DNA of 64,000 nucleotides from Mustelus asterias (lineage: Eukaryota). Where the stretch lies: positions 744,001 to 808,000 of the forward strand of contig NW_027590122.1 of the NCBI RefSeq assembly GCF_964213995.1. Reading direction: 5' to 3'. Position numbers and translations under genes: made by a program. A model generated the notes under the pieces. It was not told where the DNA came from and searched no databases. It saw only the letters and a program-made list of their open reading frames with translations. Each line of letters opens with the position of its first letter. Position 1 is the stretch's first letter. This document shows, piece by piece, positions 12,479-23,568 of the stretch.

Positions 12479-13408
12479 ATGGCTTCAGGGATGGCAGTTC
12501 AGGCAGTATGCTGCATCTCCTGTGGGATGTATGTGGTGAGGAAATCCAGTAGTGTTTCAGGAGATTTTAGTTGTAAGAAGTGCATTAGATTGCAGCTTCT
12601 GGAGGAGCGTGTAAAGGAGCTGGAGGGGGAGGTAGAGGAACTCCGCATAATTCGGGAGGCGGAGGTGGAAGTTGATAGGAGTTATAGAGAAATAGTAACT
12701 CCTAGAAATGAGGCTTGGGTCAATGCCAGGAGGAGGGGTAAGAAGCAATCGGGAAGACAATCCCCTGGGGCGGTTCCCCTCCATAATAGGTTTTCGGTGC
12801 TGGAGGCTACAGTTGAGGAGGAATCAACTGAGCATAGAGAGCAGATCTCTGGGGGTGAGCCGAGTGAGAAAGCTCAGGTGGTTAGGGGCTGTAAAAGACT
12901 GGGCCTTGTGATTGGGGACTCCACAATTAAGGGGACAGATAGGAGGGTCGGAACTAAAGGTAGGGACTCAGGGTTGGTGTGTTGCCTACCAGGGGCTGGG
13001 GTCCGGGATGTGTCTGACAGGGTATTCAGGACTCTTAGGGGGGAGGGAGATAAACCACAAGTTATTGTACATGTGGGGACACACGACATAGGGAGGATAG
13101 GGGAAGGGGATATTAGGCAGGGATTTATGGAGTTGGGGTGGAAACTAAAGGCCAAGACTGACAGAGTGGTTATCTCTGGACTCTTGCCTGTACCACGGGA
13201 TAGTTTAGAGAGGAATAGGGAGAGGGAAGGTTTGAATTCATGGCTGAGGGGATGGTGCAGGAGGGAGGGGTTCAGGTACTTAAGCAATTGGGGCTCGTAC
13301 TGGGGAAGGTGTGACCTCTATGAGAAGGATGGTCTACACCTTAATCAGAAGGGGACCAATATCCTGGGGGGTATATTTGCTAAGGCCATGCAGGGAGGTT
13401 TAAACTGA
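12479..13408 (+). CDS. CR1 ORF1p (CxxC..CxxC zinc finger, coiled coil, SGNH esterase-like domain)
   Basis: CISC...CKKC, LQLLEERVKELEGEVEEL, VIGDS, CLPGA, VHVGTHD, DGLHLN motifs; first ATG at 12479. Confidence 0.92.
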   Translation: MASGMAVQAVCCISCGMYVVRKSSSVSGDFSCKKCIRLQLLEERVKELEGEVEELRIIREAEVEVDRSYREIVTPRNEAWVNARRRGKKQSGRQSPGAVPLHNRFSVLEATVEEESTEHREQISGGEPSEKAQVVRGCKRLGLVIGDSTIKGTDRRVGTKGRDSGLVCCLPGAGVRDVSDRVFRTLRGEGDKPQVIVHVGTHDIGRIGEGDIRQGFMELGWKLKAKTDRVVISGLLPVPRDSLERNREREGLNSWLRGWCRREGFRYLSNWGSYWGRCDLYEKDGLHLNQKGTNILGGIFAKAMQGGLN

Positions 13409-13460
13409 TTCGGGGGGGGGGGGAGGGATCCTGAGTAGTGGGGCTGAAAGTGAGGGATGC

Positions 13461-16280
13461 ATGGATGGGGACTGCAATGCACGGCATTGCAGAGGTGGGG
13501 TGGAGCAGGGTTTGAAATGTGTATACTTCAATGCCAGGAGTATTCGCAATAAAGTGGGTGAACTTGCAGCGTGGATCAGTACCTGGGACTTCGATGTTGT
13601 GGCTATTTCAGAGACATGGATAGAGCAGGGGCAGGAATGGATGCTGCAGGTCCCGGGGTTCAAATGTTTTAGTCGAAGTAGGGAAGGAGGTAGAAGAGGG
13701 GGAGGGGTAGCATTATTGGTCAGAGATTGTATCACAGTGTCAGAGAGGAGGTTTGATGAGGACTTATCTGTTGAGGTAGTATGGGCGGAGATTAGAAATA
13801 GGAGAGGAGAGGTCACCCTGTTGGGAGTCTTTTATAGACCTCCTAAAAGTTCTAGAGAGGTTGAGGAAAGGATTGCGGAGTCAATCCTGCTTAGGAGTGA
13901 AAGTAATAGGGCAATTGTTATGGGGGATTTTAACTTGACTAATATTGACTGGAATTGTTATAGCTCTAGCTCGTTAGAGGGGTCAGTTTTTGTTCAAAGC
14001 GTGCAGGAAGGTTTTTTGACTCAGTATGTAGACAGGCCAACTAGAGGTGAGGCTATATTGGATCTGGTGCTGGGAAATGAGCCAGACCAGGTGCTAGACT
14101 TGGACGTTGGTGTGCATTTTGGTGATAGTGACCACAATTCGGTTACGTTCACCTTAGTGATGGAAAGGGATAGGCATGAACCTCGGGCCAGTGGTTTTAG
14201 CTGGGGGAAGGGTAATTATGAGGCTATTAGGAGAGAATTAGGAAACATAGGTTGGACTAGGAGATTACAGGGACTGGGAACGTCCGACATGTGGAGTTTT
14301 TTCAAGGAGCAGCTACTGCGAGTCTGTGATAGGTATGTCCCTGTCAGGCAAGGAGGAATTGGTAGGGCTAGGGAACCGTGGTGCACCAAAAAAGTTTCTT
14401 TGTTGGTTAAAAAGAAAAAGGAGGCTTATGTTCGGATGAGACGTGAGCACTCGGGTAGTGCACTAGAAAGCTTTAGATTGGCTAAGAGGGAGTTGAAGAG
14501 CGAGCTTAGAAGGGCTAAAAGGGGACATGAGAAGACTTTGGCGGATAGGGTTAAAGAGAATCCTAAGGCGTTCTATAGGTATGTCAAGAACAGAAGGTTG
14601 GTTAGGGCAAGTTTAGGGCCAGTTATAGATGGCAGAGGGAAGTTATGTGTGGAACCGGAGGAGATTGGTGAAGCATTGAACCAATATTTCTCTTCGGTGT
14701 TCACGCAAGGGGACATGAATATAGCTGAGGAGGACACTGGGTTGCAAGGGAGTAGAATAGACAGTATTACAGTTGATAAGGAGGATGTGCAGGATATTCT
14801 GGAGGGTCTGAAAATAGATAAATCCCCTGGTCCGGATGGGATTTATCCAAGGATTCTCTGGGAGGCAAGAGAAGTGATTGCAGAGCCTCTGGCTCTGATC
14901 TTCAGGTCGTCGTTGGCCTCTGGTATAGTACCAGAAGATTGGAGGTTAGCGAATGTTGTCCCATTGTTTAAGAAGGGGAACAGAGACTTCCCCGGGAATT
15001 ATAGACCGGTGAGTCTCACTTCTGTTGTCGGCAAGATGTTGGAAAAAATTATAAGGGATAGGATTTATAGTTATTTGGAGAGTAATGAATTGATAGGTGA
15101 TAGTCAGCATGGTTTTGTGGCAGGTAGGTCGTGCCTTACTAACCTTACTGAGTTTTTTGAGAAAGTGACCAAGGAGGTGGATGGGGGCAAGGCAGTGGAC
15201 GTGGTATATATGGATTTTAGTAAGGCGTTTGATAAGGTTCACCATGGTAGGCTTCTGCAGAAAATGCAGATGTATGGGATTGGGGGTGATCTAGGAAATT
15301 GGATCAGGAATTGGCTAGCGGATAGGAAACAGAGGGTGGTGGTTGATAGTAAATATTCATCATGGAGTGCGGTTACAAGTGGTGTACCTCAGGGATCTGT
15401 TTTGGGGCCACTGCTGTTTGTAATATTTATTAATGATCTGGATGAGGGTATAGTTGGGTGGATTAGCAAATTTGCTGATGACACCAAAGTCGGTGGTGTG
15501 GTAGACAGTGAGGAAGGGTGTCGTAGTTTGCAGGAAGACTTAGACAGGTTGCAAAGTTGGGCCGAGAGGTGGCGGATGGAGTTTAATGCGGAGAAGTGTG
15601 AGGTAATTCACTTTGGTAGGAATAACAGATGTGTTGAGTATAGGGCTAACGGGAGGACTTTGAATAGTGTGGAGGAGCAGAGGGATCTAGGTGTATGTGT
15701 GCATAGATCCCTGAAAGTTGGGAATCAAGTAGATAAGGTTGTTAAGAAGGCATATGGTGTCTTGGCGTTTATTGGTAGGGGGATTGAATTTAGGAGTCGT
15801 AGCGTTATGTTGCAACTGTACACAACTCTGGTGCGGCCGCACTTGGAGTACTGTGTGCAGTTCTGGTCCCCACATTACAGGAAGGATGTGGAGGCTTTGG
15901 AGAGGGTGCAGAGGAGGTTTACCAGGATGTTGCCTGGTATGGAGGGGAGATCCTATGAGGAGAGGCTGAGGGATTTGGGATTGTTTTCGCTGGAAAGGCG
16001 GCGGCTAAGAGGGGATCTTATTGAAACATATAAGATGATTAGAGGTTTAGATAGGGTGGATAGTGATAGCCTTTTTCCTCTGATGGAGAAATCCAGCACG
16101 AGGGGGCATGGCTTTAAATTGAGGGGGGGTAGTTATAGAACCGATGTCAGGGGTAGGTTCTTTACCCAGAGGGTGGTGAGGGATTGGAATGCCCTGCCAG
16201 CATCAGTAGTAAATGCGCCTAGTTTGGGGGCGTTTAAGAGATCCGTAGATAGGTTCATGGACGAAAAGAAATTGGTTTAG
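13461..16280 (+). CDS. CR1 ORF2p (APE endonuclease plus reverse transcriptase), 939 aa, uninterrupted
   Basis: YFNARSI, ISETW, MGDFN, SDH (endonuclease); NYRPVSLTS, QHGF, DFSKAFD, PQGSVLGPLLF, FADD (RT). Confidence 0.96.
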   Translation: MDGDCNARHCRGGVEQGLKCVYFNARSIRNKVGELAAWISTWDFDVVAISETWIEQGQEWMLQVPGFKCFSRSREGGRRGGGVALLVRDCITVSERRFDEDLSVEVVWAEIRNRRGEVTLLGVFYRPPKSSREVEERIAESILLRSESNRAIVMGDFNLTNIDWNCYSSSSLEGSVFVQSVQEGFLTQYVDRPTRGEAILDLVLGNEPDQVLDLDVGVHFGDSDHNSVTFTLVMERDRHEPRASGFSWGKGNYEAIRRELGNIGWTRRLQGLGTSDMWSFFKEQLLRVCDRYVPVRQGGIGRAREPWCTKKVSLLVKKKKEAYVRMRREHSGSALESFRLAKRELKSELRRAKRGHEKTLADRVKENPKAFYRYVKNRRLVRASLGPVIDGRGKLCVEPEEIGEALNQYFSSVFTQGDMNIAEEDTGLQGSRIDSITVDKEDVQDILEGLKIDKSPGPDGIYPRILWEAREVIAEPLALIFRSSLASGIVPEDWRLANVVPLFKKGNRDFPGNYRPVSLTSVVGKMLEKIIRDRIYSYLESNELIGDSQHGFVAGRSCLTNLTEFFEKVTKEVDGGKAVDVVYMDFSKAFDKVHHGRLLQKMQMYGIGGDLGNWIRNWLADRKQRVVVDSKYSSWSAVTSGVPQGSVLGPLLFVIFINDLDEGIVGWISKFADDTKVGGVVDSEEGCRSLQEDLDRLQSWAERWRMEFNAEKCEVIHFGRNNRCVEYRANGRTLNSVEEQRDLGVCVHRSLKVGNQVDKVVKKAYGVLAFIGRGIEFRSRSVMLQLYTTLVRPHLEYCVQFWSPHYRKDVEALERVQRRFTRMLPGMEGRSYEERLRDLGLFSLERRRLRGDLIETYKMIRGLDRVDSDSLFPLMEKSSTRGHGFKLRGGSYRTDVRGRFFTQRVVRDWNALPASVVNAPSLGAFKRSVDRFMDEKKLV

Positions 16281-16377
16281 GTTGGAGGGTCACAGTTTTT
16301 TTTTTAACTGGTCGGTGCAACATCGTGGGCCGAAGGGCCTGTTCTGCGCTGTAATGTTCTATGTTCTATGTTCTATG

Positions 16378-16540
16378 TGTAATATAAACAGAGACAGCAT
16401 CTAGTTTAGTATAAACAGAGAGCACATCTCGTGTAATATGAACAGAGACACAACGTTCTTTAATATAAACTGACGCAGAGATTAGTTAATTTAGCATCAG
16501 CAGACCAGGATCACAGACGAGTGCATTATAGAGACAGGGC
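16378..16540 (+). repeat. Degenerate ~30-bp tandem repeat (consensus like ctagtgtaatataaacagagacag); continues on the other side of the CR1 at ~12310-12460
   Basis: Recurring 'taatataaacagagac', 'tagtataaacagagag', 'taatatgaacagagac'. Confidence 0.65.
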
Positions 16541-16840
16541 CTAGTGTCCCATCAAACATTCCAAGGACAGGTGTAGCATGTGTTTAGGTAGCGAATGTTA
16601 AGCTCCCTCCACATTGCAACATTAAACATTCCCAAGGCAGGTGTAGCACGGGATAGATACGAAGTGAATCTCCATCTCCACTGTCCGAATCATACATTCC
16701 CAGAAAATGTAGGCTGTTTAGAAACAGTAAAACTCTCTCTACACTGTCCATTGAAACAATTGGGTGGCCGGGACAGGACGAGTTAGATCCAGGGAATGAC
16801 CAATATACATTTTGGAGAAAAGCTCTCTCGATATTGTCCA
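16541..16840 (+). repeat. Degenerate ~68-bp tandem repeat (~4 units)
   Basis: Recurring 'aaacattcc.aagg.caggtgtagca.g...tag....aa.ctc.ctc.acactgtcc'. Confidence 0.6.
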
Positions 16841-17678
16841 ATTAATTGAATTAGACCCATTTAGTTAGAAGCCTATTGATATGGCTGAGAGAATACATTA
16901 GCTGGAGTTTGACTTGATGTTGTTGACAATGACCTGTCGTGGAGAGACAAAACAAGAGACAGAATCAGACAGGAGAAAAACACAGAGAGATAAAGCACAG
17001 GAAATCTCCACAAATATATTTGCCGTGGCATTATATTTCGAGATTAGAGGGAATCTTTCCTACTTTTGAACACAGAGATGATCATGGCCTTTTTTGCGCA
17101 TATAACCGATGAAGAAAAATGTCCAAAAAACATTAACGACTGGAATCCCTTGATTTATATGCATGTTTGTCTATTTCTGTGCTGTGTTGATGGGGAAATT
17201 TTTGTTTTGTTTATCTCAATCAATAAATTTATTCTGGGATTGCTATTTCTCTGTTTACTTACACAAACACCTCACTGGTTAGAATGAAGTATCACGGCAG
17301 CAAAACCAGATAATCAGTCACTTATTGATTCGTTTCAACTCAAAGTAACTGTTTAATTTAAGTATATTGACAATTGGTTCAAAATGAATAGAAGCTTTGT
17401 GAATACCCATTAGAACAGATGCTATTTAATTCAAATAAAGAGATACATTCTAATCAAAAATTTGTTCAGAGTATTCTGATGTCACAATAAATGAAATATA
17501 GTTGAACAGGCTGGTATTCCACTGAATATCAATTTGATTGATGATTTAATCTACTTAAACTGGACAAGCTAAGACAACATGCAGCGGAATGAATACAATC
17601 ACATTAATCTCAGAGCTCTCAACATATCAAATCTTGCATTTTCTAATGTTAACATTTGGAAAGAACTTGCATTTAGTT

Positions 17679-18044
17679 CATGGAAACATAGAAAACCTAC
17701 AGTGCAGAAGGAGGCCATTCAGCCCGTCGAGTCTGCACCGACAAAAATCCCACGTAGGCCCTATCCTCGCAACCCAACATATTTACCTTGTTAATTTCGT
17801 TAACCTGCATATCATGGGGTACTAAGGGGCAATTTAGCATGGCCAATCAACCTAACCCGTACATCTTTGCACTGTGGAAAGAAACCGGAGCACCCGGAGG
17901 AAACCCTCGCAGGCATGTGGAAGAATGTGCGAGCTCCACACAGACAGTGGCCCAAGCCGGGAATCGAACCACGGCTCTAGAGATGTAAGGCAGCAGTGCT
18001 ACCACTGTGCCACAGTGCCGCCTCACTATGACACCGTGCCGCCC
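17679..18044 (-). mobile_element. HE1-type V-SINE
   Basis: Head, V-domain and CR1-like tail; short duplication of the 5' end at 18023-18044. Confidence 0.85.
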
Positions 18045-18653
18045 ACGTTTTTATAACGGTTTCCCTGACCTCAGATCGCCCCAAAGCATTTAAAACTCAC
18101 TGATGTATTTTCGCTGAATTTATTCACTACTGTAATATTGGGAATACAGCAAATATCTGGAGCACAGCAGCCTCCCACAAACCGAGATGTGATAAAGGAA
18201 CAGCAATTTTGTGATTTTAGTTGAAGAATGAATGGCCCAGGATACTGGGGAGAACAGCCCTGTTCTAGGGAATTATTTCATCGAGATTTTGCATCCTGCC
18301 ATTGGCCTGCAATGAGAATCCGTTTCACTCTCTGCTGATGCCCACTGATCAACCGTTTTTGTTGTTTTTCTGTTAGATTGTCAGGATCCGCACTGTTTCC
18401 ACTGTTTTATTCATTCTCTGGATATGGGCATCACTGGCAAAGTCAGCATTCATTGCCCATCCTGAGAAGGCTGATCTGAGCCACCTTTTTGAAATAATTG
18501 CCCTCTGGTCGGTTTTATTTGTGTTTGAATTTCTGCAGCAGCTTTGAAACACCTGAATGGCTATTTCGGAAATCTCAGCGGCATTTAAGTGTCAGCTTCA
18601 TCACTGTGGAACTGGAGTCACATGTAGGACAGACAGGGTAAACACAGTCTTTT

Positions 18654-18965
18654 TTATTCATTCGTGGGACTTGGGCGTCACTGGCTGACGAGCATGCTTT
18701 GCCCATCCTTAGTTGCCCTTGGAGGGCAGTTGGGAGTCAACCACATTGCTGTGCCTCTGGAGTCAAATGTCGGTCAGACAAGTTAAGGACGGTAGATTTC
18801 TTTCCCGAAAGGGACATTAGCGAATCAGATGGGTTTTTACAAAAATTAACAATGGTCTCAGTCATCAATAGATTCTTAGTTCCAGATATTTTTAATTGAA
18901 TTCAAATTCCACGATCTGCCGCGGTGGGATTTAAACCCAGGTCCTCAGAACATTAGCTGAACATT
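18654..18965 (-). mobile_element. SacSINE1/DeuSINE-like SINE (an older copy is adjacent at ~18408-18640)
   Basis: Reverse complement matches the family at 1-253 and 57948-58240. Confidence 0.75.
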
Positions 18966-19344
18966 AGGTACACAGAAACTAGGAATCGAAGTAGGCCATT
19001 CGAACCTGATCCGTCATTCATTATGATCATGGATAGTTTTCTATCTCCAGGCCACATTGTTGCATTCTGTCCACACCCCTTGATAGCATTAAAATTTAAT
19101 CACAAATCTATTTATTTCTTGAATATATGCAGCGACATGGCATCCACAGTCATCTGTGCGAGATCACTCCGCAGGTTCACTCGCCTCTGAAGTGAAGAGA
19201 GCTTTCCCCATTTCTATCCTAAATTGGCTACCCTGTGTCTTGAAACTGCATCCCTGGTTTGAGACTCCCTAACCAGCGAAAACATCTTTCCTTCATCTAG
19301 CCTGTCCAGCCCTGTTATACTTTATTTATTTATTCATAATGTAT

Positions 19345-19635
19345 ATTTATTATTTGTGTCACAGGTAGGCATACATTCACACTCCAATGAAGTTACTGTG
19401 AAAATGCCCTACCGTCACACTCCAGTGCCTGTTCAGGTGCGCTGAGCGAAAATTTAGCATGGTCAATGCACCGAACCAACACGTCTTTCAGATTATTGGA
19501 GGAAACTGGAGCACCCGAAGGAAACCCACGCAGACACGGGGAGAATGCAGACTCTGCACAGACAGTGGCCCAAGCTGGGAATCATATCCGAGTCCCTGGC
19601 GCTATGAGGCTAGCCACTGTGCCACCGTGCCGCCC
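19345..19635 (-). mobile_element. V-SINE, alternative-tail variant
   Basis: Same head and tail as 11003-11307 on the opposite strand. Confidence 0.8.
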
Positions 19636-19721
19636 TCGTTTTATATGTTTTATATGTTTCAGTCACAATTTTATATGTTTCGATCAGATGTCCTCTCATC
19701 CTTCTAAATTCAAGTGAATAC

Positions 19722-19848
19722 ATGAGGTGGAAATACCAGCGTTGGAATGGGGTTGGCACAGTAAGTCGTCTCACAACACCAGGTTAAAGTCCAACAGGTT
19801 TATTTGGAATCACGAGCTTTCAGAGCACCGCTCCTTCATCAGGTGAGT
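19722..19848 (-). mobile_element. Penelope-like element 3' fragment
   Basis: Reverse complement cacctgatgaaggagcggtgctctgaaagctcgtgattccaaataaacctgttggactttaacctggtgttgtgag; related copy at 63395-63561. Confidence 0.7.
19811..19845 (-). ncRNA. Minimal type I hammerhead ribozyme motif
   Basis: CAC-CUGAUGA-A-GGAGC(GGU)GCUCU-GAAA-GCUC^GUG: intact core boxes, stem II, stem I CAC/GUG and palindromic AGCU stem III. Confidence 0.65.
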
Positions 19849-19849
19849 C

Positions 19850-21600
19850 AAGTGAATACAGGCCCAGTCGAATCAACCTCACCTCCTAGGACAGTCCCAC
19901 CAATTCCGGTATCAGTTGTAGTCCTCACAGACCCATTCTTATTTACCGAGATCAGAACTACACGCACTACACCGGGCATGGTCCTAGGAAGGCCCGGCAT
20001 AACTGCAGTAAGGCTTCCGTAATTCTGAACTCAAATCTTCGTGCAGAGAAGGCCTTCCTAATTGTTTGCTGTGCATGCCTCTCCAATTTTATTGACTGGT
20101 GTACAAGGACACGCAGATCCATTTCTACATCGCACTTCCAAATATATGTTGCTTTCTACTTTACACACCAGTATATAACTGCACATTTGTCACCCTGTAC
20201 TGCATCTGCCACGTGTTCACCCATTCACTCAACTTGTCCAGATCACAGTGAAGCCCCCCTTCATCCTCCACACAGCTCACAATTACGCCCAGTTATGTAT
20301 CGCCAACCCTTTTGAAAATGTTACATTTGATTCCCTCATCCAGATCCCACAGTTGTACAGTGCGAGGGACCTGGGTTCGATTCCCAGCTTGGGTCACTGT
20401 CTGTACGGAGCCTGCACATTCTCCCCGTGTCTAAATGGATTTGTTCCGGGTGCTCCGGTTTCCTCCCACAGTCTGAAAGACTTTCTGGCTAGGTGCATTA
20501 GCTACGCCATGCTAAATTCTCCCTCAGTGCACCCGAACAGGCGCTGGAATATGGCGACTCGGGGATTTCACAGTAACTTCATTGCAGTGTTAACGTAAGC
20601 CTACTTGTGACTAATGAATAAATTTAAAAAGTTGGGATCTGGGGTACCCCACGAGTCGCTGACTGCCACTCGGAAAATGACCCATTTATTTCCACTCTCG
20701 AGTTTCTTACCTGTCAACGAATTCCATACCTATGCCAATACATTAACCCCATTTGCGCTTTAATTTGGCCTCCTGATATTTTATGAAGAACCATCTCAAA
20801 TGTCTTCTTGAAGTGCAAATACACCACGTACACCGGTCCCACATTGCCTATCCCATTATTTGCATCCTCAAAGAACGCAAGTAGGTTTGTTAAGAATGAC
20901 GTATTTATTAAGCCCGTGCTGGGTTCATCAAATTCCGTTAATGCTTTCCACATGTTTTGCTATCATGTCTTTTATAAGTTTCTAAAATCTTCGATGAGAC
21001 TAAAGTCAGGCTGTAATTCATCATTTTTACTCTCCCTTCCTTTGTATACATTGAGGTTACATTTGTCACTCTCCAATCTGTAGGAACTGTTCCAGAGTTC
21101 ATAGAAGATTGGAAGATGACCACCAATGTATCCAATATTTTCAGGGCCATTTCCTTTCATACTCTGGGATGTAGATTATCAAGCCCTAGTGATTGATCAG
21201 CATTTAACCGGATTAATTTCCCCAGTACGATTTTCGTACTAATACTGGTTTACAGCAATGCCGCCTTCCAACTAGCCCCTTGGTTCCCTAACATTTCTGG
21301 GAGGATATGTGTGTCCTCTTTTGAGAAGGTGGTGTCAAACTTTGTGTTCTATTCACCCAACATTTCTTTGTTCCCCATTATAATTTCCCTGGATTCTGAC
21401 TGTAAGGTACTACATTTGTCTTTACTAATCTTTGTCTCTTCAGATATTCATAGAAGCTTTTACAATCAGTTTCTATGTTCACTGCTATTTTACTCTCATA
21501 CTCTATTTCCCCCCGCGATCATTTGGTCTTCTTTTGTTGAATTCTAAAACGGTCCTAAACCTCAGGTTTGTTGCTTCTTCTGTAATTTTATATATCTTAG
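19850..21600 (-). mobile_element. Old fragmented CR1 ORF2 remnants, interrupted by an alternative-tail V-SINE at ~20355-20625 (+)
   Basis: ORFs 20714-20953 (SFLTNLLAFFE...VVYLHFKKTF) and 20938-21150 (VPTDWRVTNV). Confidence 0.8.
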
Positions 21601-21912
21601 AACTAAGAAGTAAAATTTCCTTTCCTGAACGACATTCGAGAAGAAGATGAGCTTTGACGACATAAGATTTTCACAGTAACTTCATTACATTTTGAATGTA
21701 AGCGTACTTGTGACGAATAAATACACTTTAAACCTTTAAACTTTAAATATACATGATGTTTGTTTCAGCATAATCAAATAAGTGACTTGAAATTCCTCAG
21801 CTGCCAGGTTGGAATTGGAACTCCTGTCCCCAGACCATTACTTCAAGCTTTTGGAATGCTCGCTTAATAACGATATTGCTGTACTACCCCTTAGACTGAA
21901 ATATCATCACAT

Positions 21913-23014
21913 CTAGATGGGCTAGATGGGTGGAGAACTGGCTTGGTCACAGAAGACAGAGGATGGTAGTGGAAGGGTCTTTTTCTGGCTGGAGGCCTGT
22001 GACTAGTGGTGTTCCGCAGGGCTCTGTATTGGGACCTCTGCTGTTTGTGATTTATATAAACGATCTGGAAGAAGGTGTAACTGGGGTGATCAGTAAGTTT
22101 GCGGACGACACAAAATTGGCAGGACTTGCAGATAGTGAGGAGCATTGTCAGAAGCTACAGCAGGATATAGATAGGCTGGAAATTTGGGCAAAGAAATGGC
22201 AGATGGAGTTCAATCCTGATGAATGCGAAGTGATGCATTTTGGTAGAAATAATGTAGGGAGGAGCTATACGATAAATGGCAGAACCATAAAGGGTGTAGA
22301 TACGCAGAGTGACATGGGTGTGCAAGTCCACAGATCCTTGAAGGTGACGTCACAGGTGGAAAGGGTGGTGAAGATGGCATATGGCATGCTTGCCTTTATA
22401 GGACGGGGCATAGAGTATAGAAGTTGGGGTCTGATGTTGCAGATGTATAGAACGTTGGTTCGGCCGCATCTGGAATACTGCGTCCAGTTCTGGTCGCCAC
22501 ACTACCAGAAGGACGTGGAGGCTTTGGAGAGAGTACAGAGGAGGCTTACCAGGATGTTGCCTGGTATGGAGGGGCTTAGTTATGAGGAGAGATTGGGTAA
22601 ACTGGGGTTGTTCTCCCTGGAAAGACGGAGGATGAGGGGAGACTTAATAGAGGTGTATTAAATTATGAAAGGCATAGATAGGGTGAACGCTGGGAAGCTT
22701 TTCCCCAGGTCGGTGGTGACGTTCACGAGGGGTCATAGGTTCAAGGTGAAGGGGGGGGGGTGGAGGGAGGTTTAACACAGATATCAGAAGGACATATTTT
22801 ACACAGAGGGTGGTGGGGGCCTGGAATGCGCTGCCAGGCAAGGTGGTGGAGGCGAACACACTGGGAACGTTTAAGACTTATCTAGACAGCCATATGAACG
22901 GAGTGGGAATGGAGGGATACAAAAGAATTGTCTAGTTTGGACCAGGGAGCGGCACGGGCTTGGAGGGCCGAAGGGCCTGTTCCTGTGCTGTATTGTTCGT
23001 TGTTCTTTGTTCTA
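21913..23014 (+). mobile_element. CR1 LINE, 5'-truncated
   Basis: ORF 21930-22661 with PQGSVLGPLLF and FADD; premature stop; (ttgttct) tail. Confidence 0.93.
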
Positions 23015-23488
23015 TCTAATAATGGAAAACTGAATATTCAGCACTGGGTCACAGATTGGATCACGAGCTCAGGTTTCTGTTGTGGGAATTGAACACATTA
23101 CCGTTTGACTCAAAACTTATGCGGATTCCACTGAGATTAGTGTCATAATTTGTGTTATGACATGATGGCATTTAGCTCAGTGTGCACACAGTCTGAAATC
23201 TGTGTCCAATAGTACACTATACAAAGTTTATTTCTTAGTCACAAGTAAGGCTTACATTAACACTGCAATTACGTTACTGTGAAATTTCTCTCGTCACCAC
23301 AGTCCAGCGGCTGTTCGGGTCAATGCACCTAAACAGCGCGTATTTCCGAATGTGGGAGGAAAATGGAGTAACCGGAGGAAACCCACGCAGACACATAGGT
23401 TACATTTATAGAATAAATTCATTTGTAATGAATTTGTGGTTTGGAATTTGAAATTTCCAAATTTGGAATTTGGAATTTGTAATGGCCT

Positions 23489-23568
23489 AGTGTAGCATAA
23501 CGAGAGAAATGACCGAATGTAGTATGAATTTATGCTGCATTCGGTCATTTCTCTCGTTATACTACACT
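23489..23568. repeat. 80-bp near-perfect palindrome (40-bp arms, no spacer)
   Basis: agtgtagcataacgagagaaatgaccgaatgtagtatgaa|tttatgctgcattcggtcatttctctcgttatactacact, 4 mismatches. Confidence 0.9.

Larger units (their letters stand above)
12461..16377 (+). mobile_element. Near full-length CR1 LINE with intact ORF1 and ORF2
   Basis: Two tandem ORFs and a (ttctatg)n tail at 16355-16377; inserted into a degenerate ~30-bp repeat; little or no 5' UTR retained. Confidence 0.95.

Noticed and set aside
12557-15969. Antisense and alternative-frame ORFs over the CR1
   Set aside because: Shadows of ORF1 and ORF2
16378-16840. Regularly spaced repeats resembling a CRISPR array
   Set aside because: Degenerate satellite without unique spacers, no cas genes, vertebrate DNA
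16860-17185. Minus-strand TM-like and tyrosine-motif exon candidates
   Set aside because: Stops and weak hydrophobicity; could not be linked to an extracellular exon with confidence
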